Positions 7,764 through 14,068 of a stretch of DNA of 41,593 bases are shown here, piece after piece. Position 1 is the first letter of the stretch; each line of letters begins with the position of its first letter. The notes beneath the pieces were generated by a model. It was not told the origin of the DNA and searched no databases. It saw only the letters and a program-made list of their open reading frames with translations. This DNA comes from a virus: positions 1-41,593 of the IMG/VR virus record IMGVR_UViG_3300020595_000003, one strand, 5' to 3'. Position numbers and translations under genes: made by a program.

Positions 7764-8394
7764 TGGTGAGTGCCTCCCATGAAATTGGGTACAGAGACGT
7801 CATCTGTGCATCGAGTAGCTCAGCGAACTCTCGTGTCTCCGCTTGCGTGTTGTCCGCACTGCGAAGTCCATAGACCCGTGACCAGAAGAGTAGGGAACCA
7901 GTCCATACCCATTCAGTGATTGCGCCCTGTGGGAGGATAGCTCTGGCTTGCTCTGTGCAGATACCAAGCGCGACCATCTTGTTATAAGCGGCAACAGCAT
8001 CGATGCAGATGTCGAGGTACTCTTCCATGAACTCATCGCTGCGACGGTGAGGGTCGGAGGATGAACCCTGCTTTACGTCTGCAGCCGAGGCTCGAAAGTA
8101 ATTGGGTTTCCAGAACTCTGGACTGGTCGTCACGTAACGGCGGCTCACTTCGTTCCAAGTCCCGCCAACCTGATGTTTTGCTAGCTGTCGCGCCATAAAG
8201 ATGGGCGCTTTGCATCTAAAAGTTGCTGTGGGATGCGTGAATGGAGCGGTGTGTTTTTCTCTTGCGAGGAAATTGATGAGCCGCTCGTTTTGGTGGGGGC
8301 CGTAGTTCTCGGCCTGTTTGTGAAAAGACACCCTTGCGGCATCTGTAACTAAGTCGTCGTCGCCATGTGAACACATGTATTGAACTGCTATCAT
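7756..8394 (-). CDS. thyX: ThyX-like (flavin-dependent thymidylate synthase family) with a divergent signature
   Basis: GDDDLVTDAARVSF, HTAPFTHP and NEVSRRY resemble ThyX. However, the position of the canonical RHR triad reads KHQ. Confidence 0.65.
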   Translation of the reverse strand: MIAVQYMCSHGDDDLVTDAARVSFHKQAENYGPHQNERLINFLAREKHTAPFTHPTATFRCKAPIFMARQLAKHQVGGTWNEVSRRYVTTSPEFWKPNYFRASAADVKQGSSSDPHRRSDEFMEEYLDICIDAVAAYNKMVALGICTEQARAILPQGAITEWVWTGSLLFWSRVYGLRSADNTQAETREFAELLDAQMTSLYPISWEALTNG

Positions 8395-8789
8395 TCAGCA
8401 TCCTTTTCAGTTGTTTTGAGAAATTGAGGGTCGTCTTCGAAGTGGACTACGCGGTGGCAATTAGCGCACAGCAGGTGGCATTTATCCGCTTCGGTAATCA
8501 GGTCGTCCCATACTCGGCTCATGTGCCGCTGCGATAATGGGAAGAGCTTTTGGCTTGGGTCTTGGTGGTGGAAGTCAAAGGCGACATAATGAAATTCTTG
8601 ATTACATCTCTCGCAGATACTTCCTTTGTGTTTCACCAATTCCTGACGACGGGCATTACGCTTGCGACGTTGAGTGTCAGTGCGTGTCGGCCCATGTCTG
8701 TCCGACTTTGAACTCACCCGTGATTGGGCAGTTAAAGTCGTAGTACGCACCAGCTTCCTCGAAGGCGGTGACGGCTTGTTGTCCGACAA
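8391..8789 (-). CDS. HNH endonuclease; start uncertain (TTG 8789, or GTG 8750 with a GAGGA SD)
   Basis: The pattern CERCN...FHH.DP..K...CHLLCANCH fits an HNH/zinc-finger layout. The gene overlaps the DNAP 3' end and overlaps the ThyX start by 4 nt. Confidence 0.75.
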   Translation of the reverse strand: MSDNKPSPPSRKLVRTTTLTAQSRVSSKSDRHGPTRTDTQRRKRNARRQELVKHKGSICERCNQEFHYVAFDFHHQDPSQKLFPLSQRHMSRVWDDLITEADKCHLLCANCHRVVHFEDDPQFLKTTEKDAE

Positions 8790-10461
8790 TTTCGGCTATT
8801 TCCTCTCTGGTAATAAGCTGAACTTCATCATGGACGTGAGCGACAAGCGCGTAGTCTTTACCGAAAACATACCCAAGTCGGGTTAGGTTCTCATGCAGGA
8901 TGACGGTTGAGCGTTTACACAAAATGCTTCCAGCAGATTGCAGTAACATGTTCAGTGCTGAGTGGTCCGAGCGGATTGGTAGTATACGTCCGTCCAGTCC
9001 TTTTAGGTGGCCTTTGACTTTGACCGATCTGACGACAGCTTCCCGCAGCATCTTGATGGCTGGTGTAGCCTTCATAAACTTTGAAATTAGCTTCTTGCCT
9101 TCGGCTTCTGAACCACCAACGATTGAGCCAATCTTTGCTGCACCTGCGCCATAGAGAAAGCCGTAGATGAATGTCTTGGCATTGTTACGTGTAGGTAAGC
9201 CCGCAGCCTTTTGGTTGGCTGTATGGACGTCTCCGTTCACGACTTCATCGGAGTATGCACCATCATCAAACCTTGCCATGTAGTGGGCGAGGCAGCGTAG
9301 TTCTAAACCTGAGAGGTCAGCACCAACTAGCTTTGAGCCTTTGGGTGCATGAAACAACTCGCGACATTCAGTGCCATAAGGTGCATTAACGCTTGGCGTT
9401 TGGCTAATGTTGGGCCTCATATGCGTGCAGCGAAAGGTTGCTGTACCTGATGTTATGACCTGACCGTGCATCTTGCCGTTACGTACCAGCTTTAGCCACG
9501 CGTTCTGACCTACAGCCAGCTGCCCGATGCGTTTGTTAAGCAGTAGGAACTCATTGAGTGCCTCAGCTTCTGGGTAATCCAGTTTCTTCAGCACGTCTTC
9601 ATCGACCTTTGGTTTCCCGTTGGATGTGAAGTCTGCAGGTTGCCAGCCGTGAATAGCCGTAAGGCGGTTCGCGATGTGGTCTCGTGATGCAGGATTAAAG
9701 ACAACGCTTTTAACTTTGTGCGTCATCACTCCCTTTTGGTAGCCGCGGCTTTTGTTGTTCACCTTTGGAATGAACGGCTCACGTATTTCCCAAGGGGGGA
9801 AGGCGGTTTGGAGTTCAGCCTCAAGTGTAGCTTTGCGGGACTGTAGTTTGGCCAGCAATGCATTCGCTTTGGTTACATCGAATGGAAAGCCATGTGCTTC
9901 CTGCTTACGAATGATGGCAGCGAAGTCATGTTCCAATTGTATGCTATCGGGCGATGGCTCTTTGCTCATGATTTTTTCGTAGAGCGTGAGGTTGGTGTAA
10001 ATGTCGCCCTCGCAGTAGGTCTGCATTTCTTCAGACCATTCTGCCCAGCCACCCGAGTATTCAATCTTGTGGTTGGATAGGCGATGGCCCCACGCACCCA
10101 GAGAATGTGAGCCAATCAACTTCATGGGGAAGTCGCGATTTTTCTTCACGAATTTAAAGTCATTCTGTTTAAGGTCTGACCAGACCAAACGTGACATTAC
10201 CAATGTATCATATAGCTCACCAAGGTAGGTGAAGCCATACACTTTTTGTAATGCTGGTAAGTCGAATGCTTGTATATTGTGACCGACAAGGCGCTCTGCT
10301 TTGGTGAGTAATTCCAAGCCATCTGTTATTGGTGTGTAGTCTTGGTGGTCGGCGCAAGATACCATCTTGCCAGTATCAATATCGAGTATCACCAGTGAAT
10401 GTACGACATCAAGTTCGTCTAACAATCCATTGGTCTCAATATCAAATAGTATATTTTTCAT
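8677..10461 (-). CDS. Family A DNA polymerase (T7 gp5-like, compact 594 aa)
   Basis: Motifs seen are Exo I FDIETNGL, pol motif A DLSGLELR, motif B RNNAKTFIYGFLYGAG and motif C HVHDEV. Confidence 0.9.
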   Translation of the reverse strand: MKNILFDIETNGLLDELDVVHSLVILDIDTGKMVSCADHQDYTPITDGLELLTKAERLVGHNIQAFDLPALQKVYGFTYLGELYDTLVMSRLVWSDLKQNDFKFVKKNRDFPMKLIGSHSLGAWGHRLSNHKIEYSGGWAEWSEEMQTYCEGDIYTNLTLYEKIMSKEPSPDSIQLEHDFAAIIRKQEAHGFPFDVTKANALLAKLQSRKATLEAELQTAFPPWEIREPFIPKVNNKSRGYQKGVMTHKVKSVVFNPASRDHIANRLTAIHGWQPADFTSNGKPKVDEDVLKKLDYPEAEALNEFLLLNKRIGQLAVGQNAWLKLVRNGKMHGQVITSGTATFRCTHMRPNISQTPSVNAPYGTECRELFHAPKGSKLVGADLSGLELRCLAHYMARFDDGAYSDEVVNGDVHTANQKAAGLPTRNNAKTFIYGFLYGAGAAKIGSIVGGSEAEGKKLISKFMKATPAIKMLREAVVRSVKVKGHLKGLDGRILPIRSDHSALNMLLQSAGSILCKRSTVILHENLTRLGYVFGKDYALVAHVHDEVQLITREEIAEIVGQQAVTAFEEAGAYYDFNCPITGEFKVGQTWADTH

Positions 10462-10485
10462 AGGCTGTCCTTTTGACTAGCGTGT

Positions 10486-12117
10486 TTAAAAGTCTTCTGT
10501 GACTTCTCCATTTTCGGTGTCGTCTTCAAAGACCGTCGGGTCTTCAACTTCGACCATCCGTCCAGTTTCTTTGTTGTAATGGACGAAACATCCGACCCCT
10601 GTTTCACCTGTAAATCGGTTCTTCAGGATGCGGATTGTTGAGACGTTTGGGTTGTCGCTTTGTTGGTCGCGCTCAACACCCAGACAGATGTCTGAAAGCT
10701 GTGCGATAGCAGCACTGCCGCGTAGTGAGTTGAGGTTGGTTTCAAGACCGTTCTCCCATCCCTTGTCGCCCGATGGACGCTTCAGGTGAGATACAAGAAT
10801 AAGGCCAATCCCTGTCTCTTCGCACAAGGACCTCAGCTTCGTCATGATGACGTCGATGGCTTTGCGCTCGTCTCCATTATCTACGCCAGAGACGACGATG
10901 CTGAGGTGGTCGAGTATAACCCACCCAACATCACAAGCCTTGGCCAAGTACCGCACACGGTTCAGCAGGTTGTCTGTAGCGAGAGAACCAAAGTGGTCGT
11001 AGAGAAAGACACGACCACTGCCGACGGTATCATCAAAGGCTGAACGCAACGCGCCTTCAGAGATGCCTTCCTTTGACAGATGAAGCGGCTTTTCCAGTGA
11101 TAGACCCATAAGGCCCAAAGCTGTTCGCTTGGTATTCTCTTCCAAAGCAATGTAGCCGATGCTCTCACCACGTTTGAGTAGCTCGAAAGCAATTTCGCGA
11201 CAGACCTGCGACTTACCAACGCCAGAACCAGCTGTGATAGTGACCAGTTCCCCGCGTCGCATACCCAAGGTTTTCTTATTCAAACCCTCAAATGGGTAGT
11301 CGATGCACTCGGTTTCTTCGTCAGTTATAATGGTTTCCCACATGTTCTGACCATCGATGATGCCATCTGGGCGGTAGACCTTTGCGTCCCACATTGCAGA
11401 GATGAGTTCAGCACCTTTACCAGCGACTAGCATTTCGTTGGCATCTTTTAGGGGTAGGGTGGCTATGGCTGCTTTGCCCACCGAGAGCATGGCGGCAACT
11501 TCTTGGCTTGCCATTCGGCCGGCCTCATCGTTGTCAAACATGATGACGACGCGTTCGAAACTCTCAACAAACTCAAGTGAGTTCGACACTGCTTTCTTTG
11601 CACCAGCTGCGCCTGTGCCTACGCTACATACTGGAAAACGGTTTCCTTGGGCTTGTGAAAGACTGAGGCAATCAACCTCGCCCTCCACCAAACATAACAT
11701 TTTGCCACCTTCGTTACGCCAAAGGTGCTGACCATAAAGGCCAGCCTTCTTTGTATCCCCGATGAACTTAAATTGTTTGCCTTTGAACCGCAGTTTTTGA
11801 GCCACTGGGGTGCCAGTGCCATCGCGATAAGTCGCAATCTGTACAGGTTCGCCGTGATATTCACCGAGCGTATAACCAAACTTGCGGCAGGTTTCGTCAG
11901 TGATGCCACGCTTGGGCAACGCTTGGGCTTCCCCAAACGGTATTAAGTCTTGCGGCATTCGAGTTCCACTTCTTGTAGGCTCAGCATCGTCACCGCGAGT
12001 GCGGGCCGTGCATGAGAAACAGTAAGTGTGTCCATCACTATAGATGGCTCTGGCGTCAGAGCTTCCACAGGATGGACACGGTTCTTTGCGGAGGTATTCG
12101 CTTTCGCTATCCAGCAA
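10486..12117 (-). CDS. Primase-helicase (T7 gp4-like)
   Basis: An N-terminal zinc ribbon (CPSCGSSD...CFSC) is followed by a TOPRIM-like EGEVD/FDNDEAG region, Walker A GSGVGKS and a DnaB-type C-terminal domain. Confidence 0.9.
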   Translation of the reverse strand: MLDSESEYLRKEPCPSCGSSDARAIYSDGHTYCFSCTARTRGDDAEPTRSGTRMPQDLIPFGEAQALPKRGITDETCRKFGYTLGEYHGEPVQIATYRDGTGTPVAQKLRFKGKQFKFIGDTKKAGLYGQHLWRNEGGKMLCLVEGEVDCLSLSQAQGNRFPVCSVGTGAAGAKKAVSNSLEFVESFERVVIMFDNDEAGRMASQEVAAMLSVGKAAIATLPLKDANEMLVAGKGAELISAMWDAKVYRPDGIIDGQNMWETIITDEETECIDYPFEGLNKKTLGMRRGELVTITAGSGVGKSQVCREIAFELLKRGESIGYIALEENTKRTALGLMGLSLEKPLHLSKEGISEGALRSAFDDTVGSGRVFLYDHFGSLATDNLLNRVRYLAKACDVGWVILDHLSIVVSGVDNGDERKAIDVIMTKLRSLCEETGIGLILVSHLKRPSGDKGWENGLETNLNSLRGSAAIAQLSDICLGVERDQQSDNPNVSTIRILKNRFTGETGVGCFVHYNKETGRMVEVEDPTVFEDDTENGEVTEDF

Positions 12118-12304
12118 TGCTGTAGACCGCGTACCGAGAGCCGCTTGGTGCGGTCTTCAGTTGGCGCGAGATTTCAACGCCTCGGTTCTTAAGTTTGTGA
12201 ACCACGGCAGCTAAGCGCCAAATGTTGTAGTTGGATTGGGCCTCAAGTGGTGTGATTGAGCCGTGGTTTTTAAGGTGGTGATTTACGATTTCCATTTGTG
12301 TCAT
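12107..12304 (-). CDS. Small winged-helix DNA-binding protein (HTH_39-like)
   Basis: The 65-aa ORF carries the pattern SITPLEA...YNIWRLAAVVHKLKNRGVEI......GSRYAVYSI. Confidence 0.5.
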   Translation of the reverse strand: MTQMEIVNHHLKNHGSITPLEAQSNYNIWRLAAVVHKLKNRGVEISRQLKTAPSGSRYAVYSIAG

Positions 12305-12330
12305 GGGGTTTTCCTATTTGTCAGGTGTAA

Positions 12331-12359
12331 ATGAAAAAGGCCCACCGAATGGTGAGCCT
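12331..12359 (-). terminator. Intrinsic terminator after the amidase gene
   Basis: The minus-strand RNA AGGCUCACC-AUUC-GGUGGGCCU forms a 9-bp stem with one G-U pair, followed by UUUUUCAUUU. Confidence 0.65.
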
Positions 12360-12389
12360 TCTGGATTGTTGTGGATTTGATGCAGGGGG

Positions 12390-12830
12390 TTAAAACGTCG
12401 GCACGAGTTCTTCGTGTTCGTACCAGTGGCCAGCATCAAAGTTCGGGCAGGTCTTGCCCTTGTCGAAATCAACATGCCCCTTAACCTGAGCGGCTGGGAA
12501 CTCTTCGGCGATGAGGTCATCGATGGTATCGCGTAGAGCGACCATCTGCTCATCGGTGTAATTGATTTCTGGACTTGGGTTCTTGGAACGCATTCCTCCA
12601 ACAAGGCAGATGCCAATGCTTTTGGAGTTCATTCCTCGGACATGTGCGCCCTGTCGATTAAGGGCGCGTCCTTCTTCCACTGTGCCATCTCGTTTGATGA
12701 CAAGGTGGTATCCACAGCCCATCCACCCACGCTCACGATGCCATCGGTCAATATCTTTGACACCAATGTCCATGTCAGGTGGGGTGTATGCGCAGTGAAC
12801 AATGATAAACTTAACGTCTGCTTTATTCAT
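12390..12830 (-). CDS. N-acetylmuramoyl-L-alanine amidase (T7 lysozyme gp3.5-like)
   Basis: MNKADVKFIIVHCAYT...WHRERGWMGCGYHLVIKRDGTVEEGR...SIGICLVGG...CPNFD aligns by eye with T7 lysozyme. The true start is the ATG at 12830; the longer track ORF overlaps endonuclease I. Confidence 0.85.
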   Translation of the reverse strand: MNKADVKFIIVHCAYTPPDMDIGVKDIDRWHRERGWMGCGYHLVIKRDGTVEEGRALNRQGAHVRGMNSKSIGICLVGGMRSKNPSPEINYTDEQMVALRDTIDDLIAEEFPAAQVKGHVDFDKGKTCPNFDAGHWYEHEELVPTF

Positions 12831-13266
12831 TGAGCCAACTTTCTGGAACCAGCTGTTTGGCGTAGAGAAAGCCATGTTTCTCGCACCAATCGGCATATGT
12901 GGTTCGTGATTTTTTTGAGATTTTTGTATTCGGGTTGGAAAAGACCATCCGAATATCAAGGTGAGGATGCTGCGCTTTGACGAGCAGCATCTTTTGGCGG
13001 TCTGCGGTAACGAACCGTCCCTTGGTCTCAACTACGATTACTTTACCACTCGCGGTGGTGACGTAGAAATCAGGCGTGTAAGTGGCTTGGCGCTGCGGCA
13101 CGGCATACGTGAGCTTCGTCTCTTCGTACTCATACGTGATGCCTTTGCCAGAGAGGTAGGCGGCATTTGCTTCTTCAAGCCCTGACCGCCAACCATTCTT
13201 AATTGCGTTTTTTCGTAGTTCGCTTTGGGAAGGTGAAACCCAGCCGCGCTTAGAAGTCGGCGGCAG
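12823..13266 (-). CDS. Endonuclease I (T7 gp3-like Holliday-junction resolvase); the 5' end has no canonical start (CTG 13266 proposed)
   Basis: WRSGLEEANAAYLSGKGITYEYEETKLTYAVPQRQATYTPDFYV...ETKG compares with T7 FRSGLEDKVSKQLESKGIKFEYEEWKVPYVIPASNHTYTPDFLL...ETKG. The homologous frame is open back to a TAG at 13272-13270 and contains no ATG, GTG or TTG upstream of the GTG at 13101. Confidence 0.7.
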   Translation of the reverse strand: MPPTSKRGWVSPSQSELRKNAIKNGWRSGLEEANAAYLSGKGITYEYEETKLTYAVPQRQATYTPDFYVTTASGKVIVVETKGRFVTADRQKMLLVKAQHPHLDIRMVFSNPNTKISKKSRTTYADWCEKHGFLYAKQLVPESWLNE

Positions 13267-13870
13267 TGTCTAACTCTTGGGTGTTAAAGTTATCGTTTGC
13301 CGATGGGGCTGCTTCAGTCTTAAAGCCTTCTTCGTCATCAAATAATGAGACCACATTTGATTGGTTGGAAACGAGGGACAAGATTTGAACGGCGGATGGG
13401 CGTAGAGATAGACCAATCGATTTGGTTGTACTCATTGCATATGGGAAAACCGTAGCTGCAATTTTGATTTCGCTGCCGCCACCGACGTTGACGCTTGTTG
13501 GAGTACGAGACGCATCAACTAGGGCTACCTTCATGTCGATGACCCGCCCATCCTTTGTATGGATTTTAGCCTTCTGTTTAAACTTGAACAGATAGTGGCC
13601 TGTTAAGTTTCCTTGGTCATCCATCTCCTCCTCATATGGAGGGGAGACTGAATATCGAGCTAACTTAGGGTCAGCCTTAGTTTGTTGTGACTGATAGTTG
13701 CTGATTATTTCATCCAATTTTTGAATGAGGGGGGAGGCATCCTCAGCTGGAACTTTTAGGGTTACCTTAAAGTCCCCATCTGCGGAGAACTTAGTGTCAG
13801 GGCGGTTTAGCCATGGGTAGACGGCTATGCCGCGTGGGCTGACGATTTTGATCTGGTTGTTTTGAGCCAT
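13250..13870 (-). CDS. ssDNA-binding protein (T7 gp2.5-like)
   Basis: The 206-aa ORF lies between RNAP and endonuclease I. Its acidic C-terminal tail ends in an aromatic residue (ELDTAADF), like gp2.5 (..DGDF). Confidence 0.7.
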   Translation of the reverse strand: MAQNNQIKIVSPRGIAVYPWLNRPDTKFSADGDFKVTLKVPAEDASPLIQKLDEIISNYQSQQTKADPKLARYSVSPPYEEEMDDQGNLTGHYLFKFKQKAKIHTKDGRVIDMKVALVDASRTPTSVNVGGGSEIKIAATVFPYAMSTTKSIGLSLRPSAVQILSLVSNQSNVVSLFDDEEGFKTEAAPSANDNFNTQELDTAADF

Positions 13871-14021
13871 ATTGGGCCTTCCTATGTAAACTTTTTGATG
13901 TCGATGCCCATTTCCAGTAGTCGGGTTAGGGTATCTATTGGTACGGGTTGCCCATATTTTATTAGATATTGGGCGGTGTGGATTAGGGTTTCGGTTTGTG
14001 CTGTGATTGGCTGTTTCCTCC

Positions 14022-14046
14022 TATACGCTTAGGTGCAACCTTTGAA
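14022..14046 (-). promoter_or_regulatory. Candidate phage-RNAP promoter, copy A (minus-strand reading TTCAAAGGTTGCACCTAAGCGTATA|GGAGG)
   Basis: The 25-nt block is repeated at 22460-22484 with 24/25 identity. Conservation ends right after TATA, as in T7-group promoters. It lies immediately downstream of the RNAP gene, the phi1.1 position in T7. Confidence 0.45.
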
Positions 14047-14068
14047 GTAAAATCAAAAGTAATTCTAA

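Noticed and set aside
12314-13031. 100-aa ORF at 12314-12616 and the 67-codon N-terminal extension of the amidase ORF (12831-13031)
   Set aside because: The first is an alternative frame of the amidase gene and runs across the terminator. The extension overlaps the endonuclease I coding sequence, and homology to T7 lysozyme begins at the ATG at 12830.
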